DNA of 64,000 nucleotides, taken from NCBI GenBank assembly GCA_964354755.1, contig CAYHBA010000005.1, forward strand, positions 13,014 through 77,013, in the 5' to 3' direction. Position numbers and translations under genes: made by a program. This document shows positions 26,617 to 36,361 of this stretch, one piece after another. Each line of letters starts with the position of its first letter. Within the stretch, counting starts at the first letter, position 1. The stretch is from an uncultured Thermoplasmata archaeon (GTDB taxonomy: Archaea > Thermoplasmatota > Thermoplasmata > SG8-5). The notes below the pieces were generated by a model that ran no database searches, was not told the origin of the DNA, and saw nothing but the letters and a program-made list of their open reading frames with translations.

Positions 26617-27245
26617 GCGCTCAAATACCCGCCTCGATGAACGCAGAATGCCCCGAATGCGGCGAAGAAACTCTCCACAAGACCCTGAAAGGCCGGATGG
26701 CCGGCAAGAAGCGGCTGGAACTGGTTCTTAAATGCACTAAGTGTGGCCACGTAAGGGCGGAGGCGATGACGGCCGCGCGCCAGGCCGATGTCAAGATAAT
26801 AATCAGCAGGGACGAAGTCTCCGAAAGGACCACCACCAGACTTCCGTTGGACTGGACGCTCTCTGTGGGGGAGGAGTTCATGCACGGGGACGAGAACCTG
26901 CTTGTCACCGGCATCGAGGTCAAGGGCCGGAAGACGAACAGTGCCAAAACCGGCGAAATACAGACCCTCTGGGCCAAGAACTTCGACCAGGTGAGGGTGA
27001 AGATAGCCATAAACAGGCACGGTCGGACTGTCTCGACCGAGATAATGGCCGATCCGGACGAAGAATTCACTGTCGAGGACGAGATGGAGATTGATGATGT
27101 TCCCGTGAAGATACATTCTATAAAGCTCGAGGACAGGACAATCCGCAGAGGTTCAGCTTGCGCTAGGGACATCGTGCGCGTCTATTGCACGGATTCACGA
27201 CCACCGCGCCAGCCCAGAAACCGGGGCGGAGTTAGTCGGTCTTGA
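26613..27245 (+). CDS. Conserved archaeal zinc-ribbon protein of unknown function
   Basis: 210 aa. ECPECGEETLHKTL...LKCTKCGHV forms an N-terminal C4 ribbon. The ATG overlaps the pyrF stop (ATGA). Confidence 0.6.
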   Translation: MSAQIPASMNAECPECGEETLHKTLKGRMAGKKRLELVLKCTKCGHVRAEAMTAARQADVKIIISRDEVSERTTTRLPLDWTLSVGEEFMHGDENLLVTGIEVKGRKTNSAKTGEIQTLWAKNFDQVRVKIAINRHGRTVSTEIMADPDEEFTVEDEMEIDDVPVKIHSIKLEDRTIRRGSACARDIVRVYCTDSRPPRQPRNRGGVSRS

Positions 27246-28293
27246 TAAGGGCCACCACGGCAACACCCACGATGCCTATGGCGGCCAGCAATGTCACGAG
27301 CCCGTCCACGCCCAGTTCGGGCTCAGGCCCGGCTATCGATATCACGCTGTCAGCGTTCTGCGGGATATAAACCACGACGTCGTATCCCATGTCGGTTTTC
27401 GATGCGAAGTACGATGCCTCGTCCCCTGTGCCCCAGAGGGTCTCGCTTATCCCCGCGCCCAGGCTCACCTTTGTTCCATTCAGCGTCACCCTGAGGTCGT
27501 CGGCTGACCCGTAATCCAGGTATGAATCGCTCACATGGAGGACGACGGCTTTTTGCGCGGAGTCGCCCAGGACCTGGATGTCCACTTTCTCTTCGGAAGC
27601 GGCCACGGTCCACATGTCGGTGCTGTCAAAGGACACAGTATCCCAGCCGACCTCCCACTCTCCTCCCGAGTCCAATATATACATCTCGGCGGAGACTAGA
27701 CCGTCTGCGACAGCGCTTCCCACAGTGGGGTCAAGTGGCGTATCCGCCCTGAAAATGACTGTCGAGCCGGCAGGCATGGCGAAAACCACGTCCTGGTTTG
27801 TGATGGACGCGGTCGCGCCCCCGGACATTACCATCACGCCACTGGCATCCTCGCTTCCCACCATCACGGCGCTGCCTTTTTTAATAGCGCCGGTCCCACC
27901 GGTCAGTTCGAACTTCATGGAGTTCGCGTCCGAAGCCGAGTATTCTATCACCGTGCTGGGCATTTCGTGAATGTGGAGAACGCCATACTGGTCGGTATGT
28001 GTTATTGTTGTCACTCCCTCGAACTCGATGCCTGACTCGAAATGCTGGAACCCCACCCTGCTGAACAATCCCACAGTTTCGCTGCCGCGGACAAGGGAAT
28101 AGTTGGCCAGCGGGTAAATGTAATCCGCAGACGGTGGGTGTACGGCAATCTCATAGGAGGAGTATTCATTGATTCTCGGGACATACTGGCCGCTGCCCGT
28201 GAGAATGATGACGGACACAGCGAGAGAGACCAGGGTGATTATGGCGACAAAGCCTCTTGCCAGTCTGCGCCTCGTTTTTGTCATAAACATCAT
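27232..28293 (-). CDS. Cell-surface protein with an N-terminal signal/TM and a C-terminal TM anchor
   Basis: The start was moved to ATGATG (rc catcat 28288-28293; MMFMTKTRRRLARGFVAIITLVSLAVSVIILTG). The upstream part of the track ORF is R/H/G-rich shadow. The C-terminus (LVTLLAAIGIVGVAVVALIKTD) is a TM anchor. Confidence 0.6.
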   Translation of the reverse strand: MMFMTKTRRRLARGFVAIITLVSLAVSVIILTGSGQYVPRINEYSSYEIAVHPPSADYIYPLANYSLVRGSETVGLFSRVGFQHFESGIEFEGVTTITHTDQYGVLHIHEMPSTVIEYSASDANSMKFELTGGTGAIKKGSAVMVGSEDASGVMVMSGGATASITNQDVVFAMPAGSTVIFRADTPLDPTVGSAVADGLVSAEMYILDSGGEWEVGWDTVSFDSTDMWTVAASEEKVDIQVLGDSAQKAVVLHVSDSYLDYGSADDLRVTLNGTKVSLGAGISETLWGTGDEASYFASKTDMGYDVVVYIPQNADSVISIAGPEPELGVDGLVTLLAAIGIVGVAVVALIKTD

Positions 28294-28448
28294 CTGGGAA
28301 AGAATGGAGGAGGCTACCTCCCCCGTTTCCGGGGGAGGTTCTATTATGTGGGCAGAATAATAGATATTAGCCTCTAATAGACAATAACGTTGATGTAGTT
28401 TATATAGGGTTTGGTACAAGCTTCGAACAGATGCCCTTGCCCGATTTT

Positions 28449-29090
28449 TCAGGACACGACCCGGCCGCCAAGCATTAATGACACAAGAACGCAGAGCATG
28501 GCAGTGATAATTCCCACTATCAGCATTTTGATTCCGTGGCGGAGCATGTTCTCCTTGGTCACCCTTGCCAGATAGACTCCCAGGAGGGCGAGTATCGTTA
28601 ATGTCATGGCCAGGGAGGCAATGAAGGCCGAGTTCATGGACAGCCAACCCAAGCTGACAAAGATGTAGGGCATGATGACTATGAATGCGGCAATTGCCGG
28701 GCTGACAGCATCCACCATTGCCGTGACCTTGGTGGCGAAAGCCGCGGCTTCTTTGTGCAGGGACTCGTCCTTCATAGGTGTGCACATGGCGGCTTCGATG
28801 TCCTTCAGTTCCTTGGTTCGTTCCGCACTTTCCGCCATGTAGGCGCCGCTGAAACCTGAAATGCCCATGGCAAAGGATCCTGATATCCCCGCTATTATTA
28901 TTACAGCAGGGTCATCCGAGTGCGCCATGCTTGCGCCGATGACAACTCCGAGCATTGTGAGCGCCCCGTCGAAGGCGTTCATCACAAAATACCGTCTGGC
29001 AATGGGTCCGAGGTCTGAGATTTCCGCATAGGTCCTCCAGCGCTCAAGGCGGCCGGTACGCTGTCTACTGCTCGGTTCCTCGTCTTCCAT
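28449..29090 (-). CDS. VIT1/CCC1-family iron/manganese transporter
   Basis: 213 aa with the DUF125/VIT1 pattern (NAFDGALTMLGVVIG...GISGSFAMGISGF...), 5 TM. Confidence 0.75.
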   Translation of the reverse strand: MEDEEPSSRQRTGRLERWRTYAEISDLGPIARRYFVMNAFDGALTMLGVVIGASMAHSDDPAVIIIAGISGSFAMGISGFSGAYMAESAERTKELKDIEAAMCTPMKDESLHKEAAAFATKVTAMVDAVSPAIAAFIVIMPYIFVSLGWLSMNSAFIASLAMTLTILALLGVYLARVTKENMLRHGIKMLIVGIITAMLCVLVSLMLGGRVVS

Positions 29091-29263
29091 CTAGGCTTCC
29101 GGAGGTTTGAATTGTCGGTGGGTATTAAAATTTTCGGTTTTTCCTGCCATTGGACATATCTCCCCGATTGAAAAAAAAAGAACTAACATTAAATAGGAGG
29201 ACACATATCCGTGCCTACCTCAACTGGTATTTTAATGTGCCAGCAATCACGGGGGGACATCAA

Positions 29264-29722
29264 ATGGCAAGGATGCATGCGCGCAAGAAAGGCAAGTCGT
29301 CTTCGAAGCGACCGTTCCTGACCGAGAACCCGAAATGGGTGCCTCTCGACAAAGCCGATATAGAGGACCTTGTGACCAAATTGGCCACGGACGGGAACAG
29401 CAGCGCGAAGATCGGCCTCATTCTGAGAGACCAGCACGGAGTTCCCAACGTGAAGTTGGCCACGGGGAAGACAGTGACCCAGATTTTGAAGGAGAAAGGC
29501 CAGATGCCCAAACTTCCTGAGGATCTTGGGGCGCTGCTTAAAAAAGTCATCAGCCTGAGCGCTTACCTGAAGCACAACCCGCGCGACCTGCACAACAAGA
29601 GAAACCTCCACCTGCTGGAAGCCAAGATAAGGCGTCTGGAGCGCTATTACAAGGGAAAGGGTGCGATTCCCGAGTCCTGGAAATACACGCTGGACCGTGC
29701 CGAACTGGAACTGAGCAGGTAA
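29264..29722 (+). CDS. rps15: 30S ribosomal protein S15 (uS15, archaeal/eukaryotic S13e type)
   Basis: ATG at 29264 is preceded by gggggg. MARMHARKKGKSSSKRPF... is the archaeal-type N-terminal extension. The C-terminal HLLEAKIRRLERYYK helix is the S15 signature. Confidence 0.85.
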   Translation: MARMHARKKGKSSSKRPFLTENPKWVPLDKADIEDLVTKLATDGNSSAKIGLILRDQHGVPNVKLATGKTVTQILKEKGQMPKLPEDLGALLKKVISLSAYLKHNPRDLHNKRNLHLLEAKIRRLERYYKGKGAIPESWKYTLDRAELELSR

Positions 29723-29724
29723 TC

Positions 29725-31098
29725 ATGCCCAAGGCCGAGTTGCCCACCCTCACATTCAGCGCCTCACTCTCGAGGCGCTTGGAGGATGCGGCTGCCCTAC
29801 TCAGGTCGCATGAAGGCCAGGTAAGAATATTCTCGCATTACGACCCGGACGGCATAGGCTCCGCGGCGGTTGCTTGCCAGATGGTAAAACGCCTGGGCCT
29901 TGGATTCCAGGCGACTCTCTCCCACAAGCTTGACGATGCCAAGCTGAAGGAAATGCAGGAGACGCCCCCGGAGCACCTTATTATACTTACGGACATGGGC
30001 GCCGCGAAGATAAGCCAGCTGGACGGGTTTCAGCACAGCATTATTGTCATAGACCATCACCAGCCCGAAGCCGAAGGCCAGAGAGTCATCCATCTTAACC
30101 CGCATCTTTTCGGGATTGACGGGGCCAGGGAAGCGTCCGCATCGAGCTTCGCCTTTGCCTTGGCGGTGACGCTGGACGAGGCAAACTGGAACCTCATTGG
30201 CCTTGCCCTTGCAGGCGCAGTGGGAGACCGCCAGAGCCTGGGCGGTTTCAGGGGGTACAACGAGGACCTCGTGATAGCGGCGGCTGGAAGGGAACTGGTG
30301 AAGCTCGAGCAGGTCCCGAACCTGAAGGGCGGCACAATACTAGAATCACTGCTTGAACACCCTGAACCTTATTTCAAGGGGATAAGCGGGCGCAAGAGGG
30401 AGGCAAGCCATCTCATCAAATGGCTGGGCTTCGGCAAGGAAGCCAAACTTTCCGACCTGGACGAGGAGAAGAAGCGCTTCCTGGCCTCCATATGCGCAAT
30501 GCGGCTTCTCAGGCAGGGCGCCACTCCGGAAGCAGCCTGCGACCTGGTCATGACAAGGTACTGGCTCTATGACTGGAGCATGCACGCGGACCAATTGAGC
30601 TCGCTGTTCAACAGCTGCGCCAGGCAGGGCGAGTCAGGCCTCGGACTTGCGCTGGCCCTGGGGGACAGAGAGGCAATGGGCAAGGCCCAGGAGCACGAGA
30701 GGGTCCACAGGGAATTCATACTTCAGAACCTCAGGGAGCTGGAGGCAGAGCCGCCCAAGCCAATGAAGCACATTCAGCATTTCCGGTCCTCGGAAGTAAA
30801 TTATGCGGGCGTCCTCGCCGGCCTCGGAACGCTTTATCTGTTCGACGGCTCGAAGCCAAGCTTTGCCATCTCCGAGAAGGACGGCGAGATTCATGTTTCC
30901 GCTAGGGCGCCGAGGAACCTGGTCAAGGCTGGGCTGAACCTCGGCCTGGCATGCAAGCTTGCTGCAGAGAGTCTGGGCGGCGCAGGGGGCGGCCATGACA
31001 TTGCGGCCGGGGCTACAGTGCCGATAGATGCGGAAAAGAAGTTCCTGAAGGAAGTGGACTCGTTGGTCGGGAAGCAGCTGGTCACCCCTGTCCAGTAG
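29725..31098 (+). CDS. DHH/DHHA1 phosphoesterase, archaeal RecJ-like (GAN-like) nuclease
   Basis: 457 aa. DHH motifs HYDPDGIGSAAV, IVIDHHQP, and the C-terminal DHHA1-like GGGH (GGAGGGHDIAAGA). Confidence 0.75.
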   Translation: MPKAELPTLTFSASLSRRLEDAAALLRSHEGQVRIFSHYDPDGIGSAAVACQMVKRLGLGFQATLSHKLDDAKLKEMQETPPEHLIILTDMGAAKISQLDGFQHSIIVIDHHQPEAEGQRVIHLNPHLFGIDGAREASASSFAFALAVTLDEANWNLIGLALAGAVGDRQSLGGFRGYNEDLVIAAAGRELVKLEQVPNLKGGTILESLLEHPEPYFKGISGRKREASHLIKWLGFGKEAKLSDLDEEKKRFLASICAMRLLRQGATPEAACDLVMTRYWLYDWSMHADQLSSLFNSCARQGESGLGLALALGDREAMGKAQEHERVHREFILQNLRELEAEPPKPMKHIQHFRSSEVNYAGVLAGLGTLYLFDGSKPSFAISEKDGEIHVSARAPRNLVKAGLNLGLACKLAAESLGGAGGGHDIAAGATVPIDAEKKFLKEVDSLVGKQLVTPVQ

Positions 31099-31135
31099 GT
31101 GCCGCCGTTAGGGACTGCGAAGCGGCAGCGAAATC

Positions 31136-31915
31136 GTGTTATACTACATGGAGGATTCTCTGGCAATGTTCACATTGATGGTCATCCTGCTCTACGGTTT
31201 TCTGATGGGCCTGAGGCGCGGTTTCAGTTCATGCCTTGCCCTCTGTATTCCATCCCTGATACCGACCATAATAGAGGAGGGCGGGGATTGGCGGAAAGGC
31301 GTCAAAATTGCCCTATGGTTCAATGCGCCGAGGATTGCATTGCTCACACTGCTCGGGGCCATCGTGGGCGCGGGCGGTTTTTTGATAGGCACCACTGTCG
31401 ATTCGACCGCAACGGGGTCGGACACCTTGCTGGCAGGCTACGCGCTCATAGGCATTCTGATGTTCCTCTACGGGCTTCATGTGTTCATTTCGGCCGACGG
31501 GAAACTGGAAGAGCTGGCTGAGGGCAAGGACCCATCATCGGAATGCAGGCCGGCCCACCCATTGCTCTCGAAATTAAAAATCGCGACTCCCAGGAGCAGG
31601 TCCGGATTATTGCTATGGGGGGGATTGGTCAGCATTGCCTGCATCGGCGAAACCGTGCTGAGCCTGGAGACTATTTTCGTCGGACTATCGCTGACAGATG
31701 TATCTTCACCCCTGGCCGGTGCTGTCCTCGGGGGCATGGCCTTTTTCCTGTTCTCTCTTGGGGCAACAGTCCCCAGCCTCGGGTTCGCGGGCATAGGCAG
31801 CAACATGGCGCGGAAGGAGAAGCGTACAGAAAGGCTGCTGCAGGCAGAGAGGGTGTCAGGCGGGCTGATGATATTATTCGGTGGAATATATTTATCTCTT
31901 TTTATATTCATATAA
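31136..31915 (+). CDS. Integral membrane protein (6-7 TM; possibly a CcdA/DsbD-like or TauE-like exporter fold)
   Basis: 259 aa hydrophobic ORF; family assignment uncertain. Confidence 0.5.
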   Translation: MLYYMEDSLAMFTLMVILLYGFLMGLRRGFSSCLALCIPSLIPTIIEEGGDWRKGVKIALWFNAPRIALLTLLGAIVGAGGFLIGTTVDSTATGSDTLLAGYALIGILMFLYGLHVFISADGKLEELAEGKDPSSECRPAHPLLSKLKIATPRSRSGLLLWGGLVSIACIGETVLSLETIFVGLSLTDVSSPLAGAVLGGMAFFLFSLGATVPSLGFAGIGSNMARKEKRTERLLQAERVSGGLMILFGGIYLSLFIFI

Positions 31916-31918
31916 TCA

Positions 31919-33037
31919 TTATATCAATTTTCCCCACGAGTGCTCGAAGTTGCTCGCAGTAAATCCAAGGTCATTCTTTCCGACAGTCAGCGAACCGTCC
32001 AGCATCCTGAACCTGAACTCATCGACCTCGGCAGGATATTCGTTGTAATAGAGGACCGACCGCATGCCCATCCTCCTGGGCTGTTCGAACCTCCAGAACG
32101 CGCGTGTATAGGCCTTCAGCCTGAGGAAGAATTCCTTTTCCCTGTCCTTGCCAGTTATCTCGAAGACAGGCAGGCCGCCCACCACCCTGTGCTTTATCCT
32201 GGTGTGCTTGGTCCTGAACTTATACTCCTTCCCGGTGGGCGCGTGGTAGAAGTGTATGGACTTGTGAAGCCGTATGTCGCAACTGTCCCACCATGACTCG
32301 GCAGCCTCCTTGTACCTGAATATCTGCGGCCCGATGTAGGGCATGAAATAGTCGATATAGCTCCCATCTTCGCAGTGCACCAGGCCCCAGTACCAGGGCG
32401 GAGCAGGCGCGTTGACGGTGACCCTCTGGTGGTAGGCGCTGCCCTCTATGGGCTTTCCTTTTATCGCGCCAGCGAGCTTCATCCCGAAGATCTTCATGAT
32501 GTTGTAGCTGTATTTTTTAGTGTACTGGCTCTCGTTGAACCTGTGCTGCTGCAGGTAGTCGTTCCAGGGCGTCATCTCGAAATGGAAGTCATTGTCTTTG
32601 TCCTTGATGTTGACAGTGTATTTATCAGGGCCGCCGAAGAACCTGTAATCAGTCCCTTCGAGAATGGGCTTCAGCTCGCCTCGGTCCCCATTGTGCCGCA
32701 CCTCGAAGTCCGCCTCCTCCAGAACCAGCGGGTCATACATCTCTTTTCCGTCGAACCACCATGCTGCCACCATGCCATTGAACTTCAGCACGTCCCCATC
32801 CCATGTCGGAAGCCTGGAAACGCTCCACTTGTGGTCCATGACCTTGATATTATCGGTATATTTCGTCGACCAAAGGATCATCAGCTGCTTCGTCCTGCCA
32901 GGATGCTCCGGGTCCCTTATGAAGAATATCCACCACCACCACCACCAGGTCAGGTTCGGAATCATCTGGTCCGTCTTGAGGACCCACATGTTCTCGTATG
33001 GTTTGTGCGCCTTAGCGGTCACGTCCTTGGCCATCAC
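31919..33037 (-). CDS. Hypothetical Trp-rich protein with a hexa-tryptophan run
   Basis: 372 aa. W6 is encoded by (TGG)6 at 32930-32947. Overall 23 Trp, plus many Tyr/Phe/His. No recognised family. Confidence 0.6.
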   Translation of the reverse strand: MMAKDVTAKAHKPYENMWVLKTDQMIPNLTWWWWWWIFFIRDPEHPGRTKQLMILWSTKYTDNIKVMDHKWSVSRLPTWDGDVLKFNGMVAAWWFDGKEMYDPLVLEEADFEVRHNGDRGELKPILEGTDYRFFGGPDKYTVNIKDKDNDFHFEMTPWNDYLQQHRFNESQYTKKYSYNIMKIFGMKLAGAIKGKPIEGSAYHQRVTVNAPAPPWYWGLVHCEDGSYIDYFMPYIGPQIFRYKEAAESWWDSCDIRLHKSIHFYHAPTGKEYKFRTKHTRIKHRVVGGLPVFEITGKDREKEFFLRLKAYTRAFWRFEQPRRMGMRSVLYYNEYPAEVDEFRFRMLDGSLTVGKNDLGFTASNFEHSWGKLI

Positions 33038-33123
33038 CGTTCTTGACTGCGCCCGGATACTTTAACCTGTCGGGCGGTAATTTATAATCATGCACCACAT
33101 ATCCAGCAGCGTGAGGTTTCCGG

Positions 33124-34626
33124 ATGGACAGAATCTATAAGGAACTGTGTGAGAAAGCGGCAGAACTATCAGATATCGGCGCGGCCGCATCGGTGCTTGG
33201 CTGGGACCAGCAGACGTACATGCCTCGGGGGGGCGCCGAGGCCAGGGGCAGGCAGATGGCCACGCTTGCCAAGATGGCCCATCAGAAGCTCATCGACCCG
33301 AGGAACGGCATGCTGCTGGAGAAGCTGGCGCCGTACGAGAAGGCCAAGGGCTATGATTCTCAGGAAGCTGGCCTGATCAGGCTTGCCAGGAGGGAGTACG
33401 AGAAGGCTGTGAAAGTACCCCCGGAGTTCACGGTTCGGATGAACATCACCCAGTCGGAATGCTTCGACCTTTGGCTGAAAGCAAGGCCAGCAAATGATTA
33501 TTCAATGGTCCGGTCGAGCCTCGAGAAGGTTTTCGGGCTGTGCAGGGAGTACTCCGACTTCTTCCCTGGATACGAGCATCCCCTGGACCCGCTTATTGAC
33601 AACAATGATTACGGGATGAAGGCCTCTGACATCCGGAAGATATTCGCCAGGCTGCGGAAGGAGCTTGTCCCTCTCGTGGATTCCATCGCGTCCAAAGAAC
33701 CAGCGGACAACTCATTTCTTGCACAAAGTTATGACGCTCAAACCCAGCTGGACTTCGGCAAAGCCGTGGTGACAGACTTCGGATATGACTTCGCCAGGGG
33801 CCGCCAGGACATGGCTGCCCATCCCTTCACCACGAGCTTCTCTGTCGGCGACGTCAGGATAACCACCAGGGTGCACCCCGAGTTCTTGGGCGCAGCCCTA
33901 TTCGGGACAATGCACGAGGCAGGCCACGCCATGTACGAGCAGGGCTCGGACATGGCATATGATGGCACGCTGCTGAGGGGAGGGACATCCATAGGCGTCC
34001 ATGAGAGCCAGTCAAGGCTCTGGGAGAACATTGTCGGCCGCTCGATGCCATTCTGGGGGCATTATTACCCTGCTCTGCAGGCGAAATTTCCGAACGACCT
34101 TGGCAATGTCCAGCTGGACAGGTTTTACGGGGGCATAAACAAGGTCGGACGCAGCCTCATAAGGGTGGAGGCGGACGAGGTCACGTACAGTCTGCATGTC
34201 ATGCTTAGGTTCGATTTCGAATGCTCGGTCATGGAGGGTTCGATGGCCGTAAAGGACCTTCCCGGGGCATGGAACGACAGGATGGAGGCTGACCTGGGAA
34301 TCAGACCTCCGAATGACGCGATGGGCGTGATGCAGGACATTCACTGGTACAACGGCATAGTAGGCTACTTCCAGGGATACGCATTGGGCAACATAATGAG
34401 CGCCCAGTTCTATGACGCCGCGGTCAAGGCCCACCCGGAAATTCCCGAGGAGACCGGCCAGGGCAAGTTCGGAACCCTGCATGCCTGGCTGGTTGAGAAC
34501 ATATATCGCCATGGCAGGATGTACACGGCCAACGAGCTGCTGGAAAGGGTCACGGGAAACGGCCTGGACATAGGCCCGTACATGAAATACCTAAGGACGA
34601 AGTACGGAGAGCTCTATAACCTCTAG
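33124..34626 (+). CDS. Carboxypeptidase Taq (M32 family metallocarboxypeptidase)
   Basis: 500 aa. HEAGHAMYEQG (HExxH), HESQSRLWEN, and DYGM family motifs. Confidence 0.85.
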   Translation: MDRIYKELCEKAAELSDIGAAASVLGWDQQTYMPRGGAEARGRQMATLAKMAHQKLIDPRNGMLLEKLAPYEKAKGYDSQEAGLIRLARREYEKAVKVPPEFTVRMNITQSECFDLWLKARPANDYSMVRSSLEKVFGLCREYSDFFPGYEHPLDPLIDNNDYGMKASDIRKIFARLRKELVPLVDSIASKEPADNSFLAQSYDAQTQLDFGKAVVTDFGYDFARGRQDMAAHPFTTSFSVGDVRITTRVHPEFLGAALFGTMHEAGHAMYEQGSDMAYDGTLLRGGTSIGVHESQSRLWENIVGRSMPFWGHYYPALQAKFPNDLGNVQLDRFYGGINKVGRSLIRVEADEVTYSLHVMLRFDFECSVMEGSMAVKDLPGAWNDRMEADLGIRPPNDAMGVMQDIHWYNGIVGYFQGYALGNIMSAQFYDAAVKAHPEIPEETGQGKFGTLHAWLVENIYRHGRMYTANELLERVTGNGLDIGPYMKYLRTKYGELYNL

Positions 34627-35555
34627 TCAAGGAATTTTACCCAGGGCTCCAGCATGTCATAGTCGCGGAACCCGGCCTTTTCATAAAGCGCCTTGGCGGC
34701 GTCGCTGTGCCCTGTCAGGTATGCCCTCCGGCATCCGAGCGTCCTCAACCGGCGAAGGCCCTCTGTAATGCAGGCAAGCGCCAGCCCCTTCCTCTGATGT
34801 TCGGGGTGCGTGCCAACCGGTTCGAAGTACGCGGTATTGGTGGCATCGTCGAACCATACTGTAGTGAAAGAGGCAATTTCGCCATCCGGTTCAACAACCA
34901 CCAAGTCTAGGTCGGGCCTGTATTGCGGGATAGCCTGCACATTTTCATACCATCTCCAGCCCTCGTATTTCTCGTCCGGATCGTTCGGGTGGAACGATTT
35001 CCAAGAGCACCAGCTCCTAGAAGGTATGTCATCCGGGTTCTGCGACCTCACCGAATATTCCGCGGGAATCTTTGCCGCCGGTATATCGCTGTTGAGGTCC
35101 TGCCAGCCTTGCCTTCCGGTTGCCTCCCACTCATCATACTTCTCGTATCCTCTCTTGCGGAGAGCCCTGTGGGCGATGTCGTCCTTCCAGTCAACCCAGA
35201 CATAGAGCTTGCGCTTCCCGTCACCGCCGATGCCGGAGAGGTCGGCTTCCGCGGTTTCAAGGATTTTCCCATAGAGGCTGCCTCTCAGGTATTCCGGGTG
35301 TATCTGGACGAACGCATTGATGGGCCCTTCAAGAAGAACGAATGCGACAATTTTCCCTTCTGCTTCCCAGAGTCTGACGTTCTCCAGGCCGGGATCGCCG
35401 CAGTTCATGACCCCGTGCCACCTGTACCAGTCCAGCCTGCCAGGGTGCCAGGAGAATTCCCGCAGCTCATTTGCCACGAGCGCATCGGCCAATAATTTCC
35501 GCAGCCCGGGATAATCCTCATCCCCGGCGTAATGCCGCATAACTGGCCTGGACAA
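34623..35555 (-). CDS. GNAT-family N-acetyltransferase (two-domain)
   Basis: 310 aa. The C-terminal GNAT motif A reads HPEHQRKGLALACITEGLRRL. There is a 4-nt overlap with the M32 gene end. Confidence 0.6.
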   Translation of the reverse strand: MSRPVMRHYAGDEDYPGLRKLLADALVANELREFSWHPGRLDWYRWHGVMNCGDPGLENVRLWEAEGKIVAFVLLEGPINAFVQIHPEYLRGSLYGKILETAEADLSGIGGDGKRKLYVWVDWKDDIAHRALRKRGYEKYDEWEATGRQGWQDLNSDIPAAKIPAEYSVRSQNPDDIPSRSWCSWKSFHPNDPDEKYEGWRWYENVQAIPQYRPDLDLVVVEPDGEIASFTTVWFDDATNTAYFEPVGTHPEHQRKGLALACITEGLRRLRTLGCRRAYLTGHSDAAKALYEKAGFRDYDMLEPWVKFLD

Positions 35556-35562
35556 AATCCCA

Positions 35563-35847
35563 CTATCCTCTTGTATCGGTGACCTTGATTATGTGCCAGC
35601 CGAACTGGGTCTTGATAGGCCCGACAATGTCGCCCTTCTTCGCGCTGAAAGCGGCCGTTTCAAATTCCTTGACCATCTTGTTCCGGGTGAAGTACCCAAG
35701 GTCGCCGCCCTTCTTCCCCGAGGGGCACGTGGAGAACTTCCTGGCCAGGTCCTCGAAGTTGGCCCCGCCCTTCAGTTTGTCCATAATCCTGTCCGCGTCT
35801 GGCTTCTTGTCCACAAGGATGTGGCTCGCACGTACTTCGTTTGCCAT
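35563..35847 (-). CDS. Parvulin-type peptidyl-prolyl cis-trans isomerase (PpiC)
   Basis: 94 aa. ASHILV...GGDLGYF...GWHIIK is the parvulin signature. Confidence 0.8.
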   Translation of the reverse strand: MANEVRASHILVDKKPDADRIMDKLKGGANFEDLARKFSTCPSGKKGGDLGYFTRNKMVKEFETAAFSAKKGDIVGPIKTQFGWHIIKVTDTRG

Positions 35848-35909
35848 GGTTGCACCGAAGGCTAATCCCTTTCGGAATATTTAATACTAATATTCTCTAT
35901 ATTGTAATC

Positions 35910-36101
35910 ATGGACTGCAAAAAAGAACAGAATCTGAAACACTGCAACTGCACCTACACATGCGGCAAGAAGGGCATGTGCTGCGAATGCCTCCGGTACC
36001 ACCTGGAGATGCAGCAGCTCCCAGCGTGCTGCTTCCCTCCCGAGGCTGAGAAGACCTACGACAGAAGCTTCGAAAAATTTGCGGAAGCCTGGAACCTCTA
36101 A
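35910..36101 (+). CDS. Small cysteine-rich protein (9 Cys in 63 aa)
   Basis: ATG at 35910; the track start at 35841 is a TTG. MDCKKEQNLKHCNCTYTCGKKGMCCECLRYHLEMQQLPACCFP resembles a conserved C-x-C/CC-x-C small-protein family (I recall it as DUF6485-like). Confidence 0.5.
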   Translation: MDCKKEQNLKHCNCTYTCGKKGMCCECLRYHLEMQQLPACCFPPEAEKTYDRSFEKFAEAWNL

Positions 36102-36114
36102 ATCAAACGGAAAA

Positions 36115-36308
36115 ATTTTTTCATCCATCCCTCCATTCAGTTCCAGCCACCGCCATCATGCCTCGCCTGAATGGGTACATTTTGATATCTAGAGGGCGGG
36201 GTTGTGACCCGGTTTCCGGAACCGGGTTGGTGACGACTGAGCTCATCCTTAGGAAACCCCGGGTGTAAGCCCGGGGAGGTGTCTAAACCGGCACACAACC
36301 CGGTCCCA
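36115..36308 (-). ncRNA. Candidate structured non-coding RNA, copy B (inverted homolog of 19391-19723)
   Basis: The reverse complement aligns block-by-block with copy A: gggaccgggttgtgtgcc, hairpin ccccggg.ttacacccgggg, ttcctaaggatgagctca(g/a)tcgtcaccaacccggtt, and gaggcatgatggcg.tggctggaactgaa. Hairpin loops differ with stems preserved. A T tract (minus strand) follows at ~36110-36122. Confidence 0.35.
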
Positions 36309-36361
36309 GGGCTATGGCACCGGCCAACTCCCTCTCGGAACCTGAGTCCCGATACCTAAAA

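Noticed and set aside
27232-28785. Track ORF with a 164-aa N-terminal extension (MHTYEGRVPAQRSRGF...) on the surface-protein gene.
   Set aside because: The extension is R/H/G/C-rich junk overlapping the convergent zinc-ribbon gene. The credible start is the ATGATG at 28293, which begins a signal peptide.
19303-36308. The inverted homologous elements at 19.3 kb and 36.2 kb as terminal inverted repeats of a 17-kb mobile or integrated element next to tRNA-Thr.
   Set aside because: The interior carries core housekeeping genes (rps15, pyrF, XPD, M32 peptidase) with normal composition, and no integrase or transposase. The copies show compensatory hairpin substitutions typical of a structured RNA family rather than TIRs.
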